Part shown: one piece after another, positions 35,271 to 44,206 of the stretch | Layout of the letters: the number at the start of each line of letters is the position of its first letter | Numbering within the stretch: the stretch's first letter is position 1 | Position numbers and translations under genes: made by a program | Notes under the pieces: generated by a model | Seen by the model: only the letters and a program-made list of their open reading frames with translations | The model's database searches: none | What the model was told of the DNA's origin: nothing | NCBI GenBank assembly: GCA_033763315.1 | Contig: JANRKS010000032.1 | Span: 128,001-192,000 of the forward strand | From: Deltaproteobacteria bacterium | GTDB taxonomy: Bacteria > Myxococcota_A > Polyangia > Fen-1088 | Direction of reading: 5' to 3' | DNA length: 64,000 nucleotides

Positions 35271-36254
35271 TCAGCGGGTCAGATGAACAACGCCGGCCAC
35301 GATGCCTACGGCCACACCCAGCAGCAAGATCACCTTGATCCAAGGGAAAGGGGGCTTGAGGTTGGGGATGTGGCCGTCGCCTGGGTCTGCCGCGGCCTCT
35401 GCGGGCGAAGGGGCGACAAACGCAGGTGCCGCCGGTGGCGGGACGAACACCGGTGCTGGTGGGGGCGGCTCAAATGCCACGGGCGCGGCGGGCACCCATT
35501 GTGAAGGTTCGGGTGGGGGCGGCGTGGCGGTGACCGTGATGTGAACCGGCGCGGGCTTGGCGCGCTCGGGAATTGGCGGCGGCGTGCGCTCGATGGGAGG
35601 TGTGGCGGGAGGCGCCGGCGGTCGCGCTGGGGCCGTCGGCGCCGGACGCTTTTGTGCGGCGGAGGCCGCCTCGGCGAACGGCTGTGGCGCTTGCGCTGGC
35701 GCGATCGGTTTGGCGGTCACGGGGCGTGGAGCCACGGGCGCTTCAGACACAGGGGGACGTGCAGCCGGCGGTGGTGTGGCCGGCCGAGGCGTGGCGACGG
35801 GCGACGCCAAGCTGACCGGGGTGGGCCGATCGTCCGTCTCCGGCCGCCAGCTGGAAACAGGTGTGTCGCGTTGGGCGGGCTGGGGTGTCCGCTGCACAAC
35901 GGGCGCCGGGGTTGGCGCAGGCGTCGCTTGCGTCACCACGGGCGCCGGGGTGGGGGCGCGTGGCGTCTGCAGCACCGCGGGGGAAGGCGTGACAACCGGC
36001 GGTGGCGTGGCTTCCGCCGGGGCAGCCGTCGGGGCCAATGTGCCTGCCAGCAGTTTGCGTTCGATGGCGACCTGGTCGAACACCCCATACATGACGGCGT
36101 TGACGCGGCTTTTGAAGTGATGACGGCCCTCGTTTAAGGCCGCCGTGAGGTCGCCTCCGGAAGCAATCAGGTCTTTGTTGTAAAGCTGAATGTCCGAGAT
36201 GATCACGCGGGCCAGGCGCTTTGCCGCCTCTTCTGTTTCGATGAGCGTTGCCAA
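35271..36254 (-). CDS. Pro/Ala-rich protein with N-terminal helical domain and C-terminal TM anchor
   Basis: EEAAKRLARVIISDIQLYN…EGR..FKSRV, a long Pro/Ala linker, then WIKVILLLGVAVGIVAGVV at the C-terminus. Confidence 0.75.
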   Translation of the reverse strand: MATLIETEEAAKRLARVIISDIQLYNKDLIASGGDLTAALNEGRHHFKSRVNAVMYGVFDQVAIERKLLAGTLAPTAAPAEATPPPVVTPSPAVLQTPRAPTPAPVVTQATPAPTPAPVVQRTPQPAQRDTPVSSWRPETDDRPTPVSLASPVATPRPATPPPAARPPVSEAPVAPRPVTAKPIAPAQAPQPFAEAASAAQKRPAPTAPARPPAPPATPPIERTPPPIPERAKPAPVHITVTATPPPPEPSQWVPAAPVAFEPPPPAPVFVPPPAAPAFVAPSPAEAAADPGDGHIPNLKPPFPWIKVILLLGVAVGIVAGVVHLTR

Positions 36255-36493
36255 AACGTCTTTAGCATCGGCCGACTGCGGCTTTTTCGGAAGTCCCTGA
36301 TGCTGTTTTCTTGCCGGACCCCGTCAAACCGGGGCCGCCATCGGTCCCAATCCCGACCGTTGGCGGCAAGGATACCCACGGTCAGCCTTGCGTTCTTGTC
36401 CCTTCGAGGCGCCCTGCGACCGTGGCCCGGAGGGAATGAAGAACTTGCAATTGGCGCCGCCTCCGTCGACAACGTTTCACGGAGGTAAATACT

Positions 36494-37138
36494 TTGCGAC
36501 CAAACTTGTGTGTGACCGTATCCGCCTTGTTGTTGTCCCACGCGGCCTTGGCCCAGGACGCTTTCGTGTCGCCGGCGCCTGTTGCGGCTCCGTCAATCGA
36601 TCGGACAGGCCGCCCCGTGCCAAGCACCGTAGGCTTCGGCATCGGCACCAGCATCAACAGCATGTCCGATCTAACCCAACCCAACACAGCCGGCGTGCGC
36701 TTTGTGTTGAACGATCGTTGGATCTTGGAACCCACGTTGCGCTTGTCGCACACGTCGAACTCTGTGGACACCCCGGGCTCCACAGCCACCGTTAGCACCA
36801 GCTCCACCACCTTCAGCCTCGGCACGATGGCGCGTGCCAAGCTGGCCTCACGCGGGCCGGTTGATCTTGCAGGCTTGGGCGGGCTCAACTTCGGTTTGAC
36901 GTCGGAAGACGTGGCCAACGATCGCAGCACAACAACACTATCGTTGATGTGGGGCTTGGGTTTGTCGTGGTACTTCAACCCTTCGTGGGCGTTAAGCCTC
37001 GATGTCACCAACCCGCTGTTCTCGCTGAGCCGTTCATCTGTGGAGAGCATCGGTGGCGACACGGTCAACACCGCCTGGACCGCGGGCGCGATCTGGGATC
37101 ACACCAACGCGTTGTTGATGTTGTATTTCTATATGTAA
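36494..37138 (+). CDS. Small outer-membrane beta-barrel protein (probably 8 strands)
   Basis: Signal peptide ending ALA-Q, strands GVRFVL, WGLGLSWYF, LSLDV, terminal LYFYM. GGAGG SD. Confidence 0.75.
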   Translation: MRPNLCVTVSALLLSHAALAQDAFVSPAPVAAPSIDRTGRPVPSTVGFGIGTSINSMSDLTQPNTAGVRFVLNDRWILEPTLRLSHTSNSVDTPGSTATVSTSSTTFSLGTMARAKLASRGPVDLAGLGGLNFGLTSEDVANDRSTTTLSLMWGLGLSWYFNPSWALSLDVTNPLFSLSRSSVESIGGDTVNTAWTAGAIWDHTNALLMLYFYM

Positions 37139-37139
37139 T

Positions 37140-39161
37140 TCACGGCACCCACGGCGCGATCATCGGCTCAAGGGTTACACCTTCGAAGTCGATGAAGCGC
37201 TTGGGTGTCAGTCCCGCGAGATCAAGCTCCATCAAGCGGATGGGCGCGGCAGAATCTGTGTCCCACAGCGATGTGTACACGGGCAACTTCTTGACCGTGA
37301 CCCATTGGCTTTGGTCATAGACCTGCGACACGGCATAAGCGCGCACACTTGAATCAAGTGATCCGGATGTGCCGCTGTAGACGTGCAAGGTGGGCAGCGT
37401 TTGGGCCGGGAAACCGGGCTCCACTTCCAAAGACAAAGTGGGGCGGGTGCCCGCAAAACCAATTGCGGCGAACTTCGCGGTTGCGGGTATGAACAGCTTC
37501 AGGTTCTCTTCGTAGGTCATCATGCACACGAAGGTGGCGGGGTTGGTGGTGGCGATTTGGATGGTTGCCTTGGCAAGCGATCGGCTGCCGTAACTCGCGT
37601 AGGCAACAATTTCGGGACCTGTGGCCGCGACCGAGTTAATGACTGTTGTGCCACCCGCGCCCGTGCCGTTGTACGCCGTACGTGCGGATGCCAAAGGCAA
37701 CGTCGCGTAAGCGGCAAATCCCAGACCTTGCGCCATCGCCTGGCAGTGGGTCGTCAGCAATGCCGTCGCCGTACGGCCCACGCCAGCGATCATATAGGGA
37801 GCTCCTGAAACGGGCTCAAACGCCACTTCGGCTTTGTTATTCGCAGGCGCCAAGGGCATGTCAGGATACACCACGGGCCCAAGCTTCGTGGCCGCACCTT
37901 GCGCTGCTTCGATCCGGTAAAGTTCGCGCATGCTGCCAAGGCTGCGTGCTGCCAGAAGCGTTGAGGACGTGGCGTCGAACGCCAATGCTTGTGCGCTGAC
38001 GATGGTCGTGGGCCCCAGATCCGCAACGGCACCTGTGGTGGGGTTGATGCTTTTGAGCAAATAGGGGCTGAGCGACGGCACGGTGAACAAGCTGCCTTTT
38101 CCAAACGCCAGCGTGGAGGTGGACGTGATGGTTGCAAGTTTTGTGAGGGCGCCGGTCTTAAGATCAACGCGGTTGATGCCGCCTGTGGTGTCTAACGCGA
38201 ACAACGTCTTTGTGGCTGTATCGGCCGTCAACTTGGCCACGCTGGTGCCACCGAACATGGGTTGCACCGCCACCGCCGTTTTGCCAACGGGATCGATCGC
38301 CAACAGCATGCGTGTGGAACGCACGCTGCCCACGCCGAGAAAACGTGTGGTAGCCGGGATCGCCGACACACACAGCCCTGAAGCGGCATCGCGTGTGTAG
38401 CCCGCGTCGCATTCACTGCAGCCCGTGCCCGCATAGCCTGGTTTACACACGCAGGCTGGGATCGGCTTGGTGGTGTCGCATACCCCGTTTGTGCCGCATT
38501 CGGCGGCGGTGCAGCTTTTGGCGCATTGGCCATCGGCGGTCATGACGAAACCCGCACGACATTGATCGCATTTTTCACCAATCGTGTTGTCGGCGCACTT
38601 TACGCAAGTGTTATCGGCCGCGCGTTTGAAGCCGGTGAGGCATTGCTCGCACGAGGCGCCGGTGCTGTTGGGCGGGCACGCGCACTTCGCTGCTCCCGTA
38701 GCGTCGGAACACACTAACGGGGGGGCGCACGACATCATGGTGACGAGCGCCGTGCACGTTGCGGTGCACGTGCCGTTGTTGTCGTTGTCTTGAAATCCCG
38801 CCGTGCATGTTTGACATGTGCGGCCGGCATACCCGGCGCTGCAGGTGCATTCGTCTAAGCCGGTGCCCGTAACCTTACATGTGCCATTGCGTCCGCAAAT
38901 AGAGGCATTCTTTGAACAGTCGATGGCCACGGCTTGGCAGCTGCCGTCAATGGCCTTTTCAAACCCTCGGGCGCACGCAGAACAATCAGTGCCTGAGTAC
39001 GCTTCTAAGCAGCGGCATGCCGGAGGAGAGGTTGCCACGTCGCACGCCTGCCGTGGGCCACACATGATGGCGCCGCAAGCGGCGGGTTTCTCATCGTTGC
39101 CGCCGCAGGAAGGCCATAAGATCACCGCACACGCGAACAAAGCCAGCGCCAGACGATTCAT
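37140..39161 (-). CDS. Lipoprotein with EGF/laminin-like Cys-rich repeats and beta-propeller-like C-terminus
   Basis: Repeated C.C..GY.G..C..C..GF units, GFQDNDNNGTC, then DP.TG.. and LAFD blade repeats. Confidence 0.8.
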   Translation of the reverse strand: MNRLALALFACAVILWPSCGGNDEKPAACGAIMCGPRQACDVATSPPACRCLEAYSGTDCSACARGFEKAIDGSCQAVAIDCSKNASICGRNGTCKVTGTGLDECTCSAGYAGRTCQTCTAGFQDNDNNGTCTATCTALVTMMSCAPPLVCSDATGAAKCACPPNSTGASCEQCLTGFKRAADNTCVKCADNTIGEKCDQCRAGFVMTADGQCAKSCTAAECGTNGVCDTTKPIPACVCKPGYAGTGCSECDAGYTRDAASGLCVSAIPATTRFLGVGSVRSTRMLLAIDPVGKTAVAVQPMFGGTSVAKLTADTATKTLFALDTTGGINRVDLKTGALTKLATITSTSTLAFGKGSLFTVPSLSPYLLKSINPTTGAVADLGPTTIVSAQALAFDATSSTLLAARSLGSMRELYRIEAAQGAATKLGPVVYPDMPLAPANNKAEVAFEPVSGAPYMIAGVGRTATALLTTHCQAMAQGLGFAAYATLPLASARTAYNGTGAGGTTVINSVAATGPEIVAYASYGSRSLAKATIQIATTNPATFVCMMTYEENLKLFIPATAKFAAIGFAGTRPTLSLEVEPGFPAQTLPTLHVYSGTSGSLDSSVRAYAVSQVYDQSQWVTVKKLPVYTSLWDTDSAAPIRLMELDLAGLTPKRFIDFEGVTLEPMIAPWVP

Positions 39162-39320
39162 TGTTTTTGTCCCCGTTAGAAGGCGCCCGCGCACCCGATT
39201 TCGGATGGCGAGGCTTGCAACCAGTCCGGCCGTAGGTTCGGCAGATTGCTGGAGGACTTTGAGGATCCGCGGGATCCGGAGCGGTCTGCTTGCGAGTTGT
39301 TCCTTGGCGGTAACGTCTGT

Positions 39321-39560
39321 CTAAGCTGTCCCGCGTGCCTTCGCTACCCGCTTCTTGGCCGGGTGCGGCCCCTTTGTTGCCTTTTGGGCTTTTGTGGCCT
39401 TGCGAGGCTTGTGGCCCCAGTCGTCGTGCATGGCTTTGTAGCTTGTCCGGCTCACGCTGGACTTCTCTTTGGGCTTCGAATCACCACGTTCTTTATGGGC
39501 GTTGATGTTGTTCACCAGTGAGTTCTTCACGCCGAGTTCGTTGGTCTTCTTGCGCGCCAT
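39321..39560 (-). CDS. Small basic protein
   Basis: GGAG SD. NSLVNNINAHK…SVSRTSYKAM..DW core followed by a Lys/Ala-rich tail. Confidence 0.7.
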   Translation of the reverse strand: MARKKTNELGVKNSLVNNINAHKERGDSKPKEKSSVSRTSYKAMHDDWGHKPRKATKAQKATKGPHPAKKRVAKARGTA

Positions 39561-39636
39561 GCAGGCTCCATGGCGGCGTCAATGTGCAAACGCAGTGCCC
39601 GCTTGCGCCCGGCGTTTTGGTTTGTAACGCTTGCGC

Positions 39637-40467
39637 ATGCCTCGGTCACCGCTGACGCTTGTGCAATTGCGAGAACGATACGTGACGCGCGCCCGCCCGA
39701 TGCCGGCCGACGTCGAGGCGGCCCTGCGCGCCGATCCGCGTCCGGGGGCACAAGCGCTGTTGACGGCGGTGCAGAAGCGACGTTTCGAGAACCGCGCCGA
39801 GGGGCAGCGTTTGCGAACGATGCTGCGCTTCGAAACGGAGCTTTGGTCACAAGGGCTGCAGTTGATTGCGGGCGTTGATGAAGCGGGTATGAGTCCGCTG
39901 GCGGGTCCTGTGGCAGCCGGCGCTGTGATCTTCTCGCCGGACACGCGCATCCCGGGTGTGGACGATTGCAAGCGCCTCGACGCCCGCGAGCGCGAACGTT
40001 TGGCGCCGCTGATTCGCGCCCAAGCGGTGGCGTGGTCTGTGGCTTTTGTGGAGCCCGATGAGATCGATTCACTCAACATCTATTGGGCTGGGGTGGCGGC
40101 GATGAAGCGCGCGGTGGCAGGCCTGGGCGTGGTTCCCGAACACGTGTTGCTTGACGGCCGCCGCATCAAAGACTTTCCCCACCCACAACGCGCGATCATC
40201 AAAGGTGATCAAAAGAGCCTCTCGATCGCCGCGGCCTCTATCTTGGCAAAAACCGAACGCGATGAACGCATGCGGCAGTTCGATGCCGTTCATCCGGGGT
40301 ATGGCTTTGCCGTGCACAAGGGATACCCGGTGAAGGCGCACCTCGCAGCGCTCGCGAAACTAGGGCCGTGCCCCATTCACAGGCGATCCTTTGCGCCCGT
40401 ACGGCAGGCGGCTGGGTTGCCACCCGACAATGCTACGGCTTCGCAAACGGCCGCACAATCACCATGA
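39637..40467 (+). CDS. rnhB: Ribonuclease HII with N-terminal extension
   Basis: AGVDEAG..PLAGPV, DDCK, LLDG, IKGD..SLSIAAASILAK..RD, HKGYP, HRRSF. Confidence 0.96.
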   Translation: MPRSPLTLVQLRERYVTRARPMPADVEAALRADPRPGAQALLTAVQKRRFENRAEGQRLRTMLRFETELWSQGLQLIAGVDEAGMSPLAGPVAAGAVIFSPDTRIPGVDDCKRLDARERERLAPLIRAQAVAWSVAFVEPDEIDSLNIYWAGVAAMKRAVAGLGVVPEHVLLDGRRIKDFPHPQRAIIKGDQKSLSIAAASILAKTERDERMRQFDAVHPGYGFAVHKGYPVKAHLAALAKLGPCPIHRRSFAPVRQAAGLPPDNATASQTAAQSP

Positions 40468-40867
40468 TCACGATGATCACCATCAGCAACGTGGGCACTT
40501 CGTTCATCACGCGGAAGAACTTGTGCGACTTGAAGTTAGGCTCGGTGATCAAGCGCTTGCGCCATCCGCCCGACATGCCGTGAAGGCCCGCCAAAGCAAA
40601 AACGCATGTCAGTTTTACATGCATCCACGGTTGCTTAAGCCACAGCGGCACCATCACCAACATCGCGATGCCGGTGGCCAACGTGGCGATCATCGCGGGC
40701 GTGGCGATGGCCTTTTGCAGGCGTCGCTCCATCACGGCCAAACGGTCACGCACCACCTGCTCGGTTTCCATCGCGTGGTACACGAACAAGCGCAAAAGAT
40801 AAAGGGTGCCCGCCATCCACGAGATGAGCGAAATCAGATGAACGGCCTTGATCCATTGGTAAAGCAC
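40433..40867 (-). CDS. hemJ: Protoporphyrinogen IX oxidase HemJ
   Basis: WIKAVHLISLISWMAG..YLLRLFVYH, MERRL, WMHVKL, FRVMNEVPT. Confidence 0.93.
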   Translation of the reverse strand: MLYQWIKAVHLISLISWMAGTLYLLRLFVYHAMETEQVVRDRLAVMERRLQKAIATPAMIATLATGIAMLVMVPLWLKQPWMHVKLTCVFALAGLHGMSGGWRKRLITEPNFKSHKFFRVMNEVPTLLMVIIVIMVIVRPFAKP

Positions 40868-41043
40868 GGGCCGAGGGTAGCAGCGGCGCCTGCGATTCTC
40901 CAGCGGGCGTAACCCCCACCGGGCATGAAGGGCGAAAAATGTTTCGTTAGCACCCCATGGTGTAAAACCGATAAATACGATATGTGGACGCATGTGGGCG
41001 CGGGCGGCATCTAAACCCGGCCTCAACCTTTTGGGAGATTCAT

Positions 41044-42378
41044 ATGTCGGTATCTTCGGAATTTAAGAAGTTCGTCCTGCGTGGCAACGTGGTCGATCTG
41101 GCTGTAGGCGTGGTGATCGGCGGTGCGTTCGGCAAAATTGTGGCAGCGTTCGTGGACGATCTCGTCATGCCGATGGTCGCTCCGCTGCTGCCAGGCGGGA
41201 ACTGGCGCGAAGCCACGATCACGCCGCTGAATTTCAAGATCGGCCACTTGTTCGGCACGGTGCTCGACTTCCTGATCGTGGCGGCCGTGATCTTCTTTGT
41301 GTTGGTCAAGTTCGTGGGCTTTATCTCGCGCAGCAAAGAAGCGGAGCCGGCGCCTCCCGCCACCAAGACGTGCGGCGAATGCTTGGAGACGGTGCCGCTG
41401 GCGGCCAAGCGTTGCAAGTTCTGCACGAGCGCCCTGGCGGTGCTGGCGCTTGTGTTGTTTGGCGCGCCTGCGTTCGCGCAGACCACGCCCAAGTTTGAGT
41501 ATGTGAAGCCTGTGATTGAAGCGAAGCCAGCGGCTGAGTGGACGGCGCAGGTGAAGGGCGGTCTGATTTCCGCGGCGGGTAACTCGCAAGCCACCAACTT
41601 CAACTTGGGTGCCGCAGCGTCACGCAAAGCCGGCGACAACAAGTTTGCGCTGGATTTTGCGGGCGCGTACGGTGAGACGAAGAACCGTGCCTTTGTACCC
41701 GCCACAGCGGGTAGCCCCACAACGGTCGATAGCGACGCGGACATCACCCGAACCAAGGTGGTTTCGACAAACAACCTGCTGACAAAAGCCCGTTATGACC
41801 GGTTCTTGACGGAAAACAATGCTGCATACGTGGCGGCTGCTCTTGGCCGCGACAAGATTGCAGGCAAGAAGGTGTTTGGTGGTGGACAGGGTGGCTACAG
41901 TCGCCAGCTATTGAGCAACGAGCAACATTTGGTCGTTGGCGAGTTTGGCTACGACTTCTCGTACGAGTCTTACTACGGCGATGCCGATTCCGTTTCGATT
42001 CATTCAGCGCGAGTATTCGTCGGAGAGACGTGGAAGTTGTCCGACGTCACTGGCATCTACGGAAATGTCGAGGCGCTGTTCAACGTCAACAAAGAAGGAA
42101 GCGCGTTGAATGCGAGCAAGAAGGCCCCCACTGGCGAAGCTGCCACGGGCGTAGGAGCGTTCAAAGACACGCGCGTGAACGCCAAAGCGGGCCTAACGAC
42201 CACGCTGTGGAAGAACCTCAGCTTTGGTTTCGGCTTCACCCTCAAGTACGACCAAAACCCTGCAGCTTTGTCATTGCCGAAGCCCGCCACACCCGACCCT
42301 ATGGCCTTGCCATACACAGCCTTTGCCGAGAAGGTCGACGTCATCACCGAAGCGTCGCTGATCGTCACGCTGCTCTAA
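41044..42378 (+). CDS. mscL: MscL fused to a zinc ribbon, an internal signal peptide and a DUF481-like outer-membrane beta-barrel
   Basis: EFKKFVLRGNVVDLAVGVVIGGAFGKIV; CGEC…CKFC; ALAVLALVLFGAPAFA-Q; then W…GGL.SAAGNS, RYDRFLT, GGQGGYSR, E.GYDFSYE, LSFGFGFTLKYDQNP, TEASLIVTLL. Confidence 0.88.
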   Translation: MSVSSEFKKFVLRGNVVDLAVGVVIGGAFGKIVAAFVDDLVMPMVAPLLPGGNWREATITPLNFKIGHLFGTVLDFLIVAAVIFFVLVKFVGFISRSKEAEPAPPATKTCGECLETVPLAAKRCKFCTSALAVLALVLFGAPAFAQTTPKFEYVKPVIEAKPAAEWTAQVKGGLISAAGNSQATNFNLGAAASRKAGDNKFALDFAGAYGETKNRAFVPATAGSPTTVDSDADITRTKVVSTNNLLTKARYDRFLTENNAAYVAAALGRDKIAGKKVFGGGQGGYSRQLLSNEQHLVVGEFGYDFSYESYYGDADSVSIHSARVFVGETWKLSDVTGIYGNVEALFNVNKEGSALNASKKAPTGEAATGVGAFKDTRVNAKAGLTTTLWKNLSFGFGFTLKYDQNPAALSLPKPATPDPMALPYTAFAEKVDVITEASLIVTLL

Positions 42379-42989
42379 GCGCCGAAACGCCGTCGCAGGT
42401 CGTCCACCAGGCGGATGACCTGCGAACGTGTGCTTTCCAGGCTGCCGCCGTTATCGACCACGTGCGAAGCCACTTTGATTTTCTCTGCCAGCGGCAACTG
42501 CGCCCCCAAGCGTGCCCGCACTTCCACCTCGGATAGAGGCCCCCGCGCCACCGCGCGTTGAACCTGAACGTCCTCGGGAGCCGTGACCACGATCAAAGCG
42601 TCGAAGTCTTTGTGTCGCCCTGTCTCCACCAGCAGCGCCGCCTCATAAACGGCCACCTTGTGACCTTCCGCTTCCAGCGCGCGCACGCGATCCATGGCAC
42701 GGTTTTGAATCTTGGGGTGCGTGATGGCCTGCAGTTTCGCGCGCGCTTCAGGGTCAGCAAACACCAACGCACCCAACGTCAGGCGATCCAATGTGCCATT
42801 GGGCGCCACGGCTTGCGGCCACAGCGCCGCGATCTCGGCCAACGCTGGTTCCCCCGGTGCCACGATGTCGCGCGCGATCTGATCCGCGTCCAGCACCGCG
42901 ATGCCGCAGTCCGCGATCAGCCGTGCCACCGTTGATTTTCCGGAGCCAATGCCACCTGTGAGGCCCACAAGGGCCAGGTTTCCCACCAT
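42375..42989 (-). CDS. coaE: Dephospho-CoA kinase
   Basis: VGLTGGIGSGKSTV, DADQIAR, LDR..LG..VF, ITHP.I, EAALLVE, QLP..EK. Confidence 0.97.
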   Translation of the reverse strand: MVGNLALVGLTGGIGSGKSTVARLIADCGIAVLDADQIARDIVAPGEPALAEIAALWPQAVAPNGTLDRLTLGALVFADPEARAKLQAITHPKIQNRAMDRVRALEAEGHKVAVYEAALLVETGRHKDFDALIVVTAPEDVQVQRAVARGPLSEVEVRARLGAQLPLAEKIKVASHVVDNGGSLESTRSQVIRLVDDLRRRFGA

Positions 42990-43038
42990 GGGCCGCGATC
43001 CTATGTCATTGTCCCTGCAAAACGTAAGCACTTGTTCA

Positions 43039-43695
43039 ATGGTTGTTGCTGCTGATGTTCCCCAAGTTCTCTCGGCCACGTTCGTTGCCGAAGCCCGCGT
43101 GCCCGCCGATTTGCGTTCGCTGCCCGCCGTGGCCGGGTTTCAGATTGCCATCGCCGGCCGCTCGAACGTTGGCAAGTCCACGCTGCTGAACCACTTGGCG
43201 TCGCGCCGCGCTTTGGCGCGCACCTCGAAGACGCCTGGCCGCACGCGCGGCTTGATCTTCTACGATTTTTCGCTTCGCCTCAGCGCCGACGGGCTGCCCT
43301 TCGCCTTGCGCGTGGTTGATTTACCCGGTTACGGCTACGCCAAGGTCAACAAAACTGAACGGGAAAGCTGGCGCTCACTTGTTGAGACTTACGTCAACGA
43401 CACGCAAACCCTCAAGCTGTGTTTGGTCTTGGTGGACGCGCGCCGTGGCCCTGAAGAAGAAGAGGGGCAACTGATCGAATGGCTCGATAGCTTAGGCATT
43501 CCCTCGCGGCTTGTGGCGACGAAGATCGATAAACTGACCGCAGGCGAACGTGGTCTTTTGAACAAGACGATCCCAGGCGCCATTGGTGCTTCCGGTTTGA
43601 ACGGTGAGGGCGTGGATCGGGTGTGGAAGGCCGTCATGGCCTCGAAAGTGGCCCCTAAAGTGCGCCCGCCCAAGGTGCGCGACGATTCTGTTTGA
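43039..43695 (+). CDS. engB: Ribosome biogenesis GTPase EngB/YihA/YsxC
   Basis: AGRSNVGKSTLLN, SKTPGRT, VDLPGYGYA, TKIDK. Start at 43003 or 43039. Confidence 0.95.
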   Translation: MVVAADVPQVLSATFVAEARVPADLRSLPAVAGFQIAIAGRSNVGKSTLLNHLASRRALARTSKTPGRTRGLIFYDFSLRLSADGLPFALRVVDLPGYGYAKVNKTERESWRSLVETYVNDTQTLKLCLVLVDARRGPEEEEGQLIEWLDSLGIPSRLVATKIDKLTAGERGLLNKTIPGAIGASGLNGEGVDRVWKAVMASKVAPKVRPPKVRDDSV

Positions 43696-43696
43696 G

Positions 43697-44164
43697 ATGA
43701 ACGAGCCCGCGTATTCGATCACACCCATGCGTCCGGCGGACATCGACGACGTGATGCGCGTCGAGATCGCCTGTTTTCCCAACCCTTGGGCACCGAACAC
43801 ATTTTTGCAAGAGCTCGAACGTGCCCAAGCGCACATCGACGTGCTTCGCCGCAACGCCGACGCTCAGGTGGTCGGCTTCATCAACCATTGGGTTGTGTTG
43901 GATGAACTGCATTTGCTGAACGTGGCCATCCATCCTGACGAGCGTCGGCGTGGCCACGCACGCAAGCTGATCCAGCACATGTTGGCGTTTGGCCGGCAGG
44001 CCGCGTGCCGCGTTGTGATGTTGGAGGTGCGGCGCTCGAACGAAGCCGCTCTGGCGCTTTATAGAGAATTTGGCTTCCGTTCCGTGGGTGTGCGCCCTGG
44101 CTACTATTCCGACAACGGCGAAGACGCGATCTTAATGAACCTGGATCTGCCGCCATCGCCTTAG
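43697..44164 (+). CDS. rimI: Ribosomal protein S18 alanine N-acetyltransferase
   Basis: F..PW, ELHLLNVAIHP..RRRGHA, LEVRRSN..A..LY..FGF, R.GYY.DNGEDAILM. Confidence 0.93.
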   Translation: MNEPAYSITPMRPADIDDVMRVEIACFPNPWAPNTFLQELERAQAHIDVLRRNADAQVVGFINHWVVLDELHLLNVAIHPDERRRGHARKLIQHMLAFGRQAACRVVMLEVRRSNEAALALYREFGFRSVGVRPGYYSDNGEDAILMNLDLPPSP

Positions 44165-44206
44165 GCCTTTGCGGCTGGGGGGGCAGGGCGCGTATATTGG
44201 CAGCGC

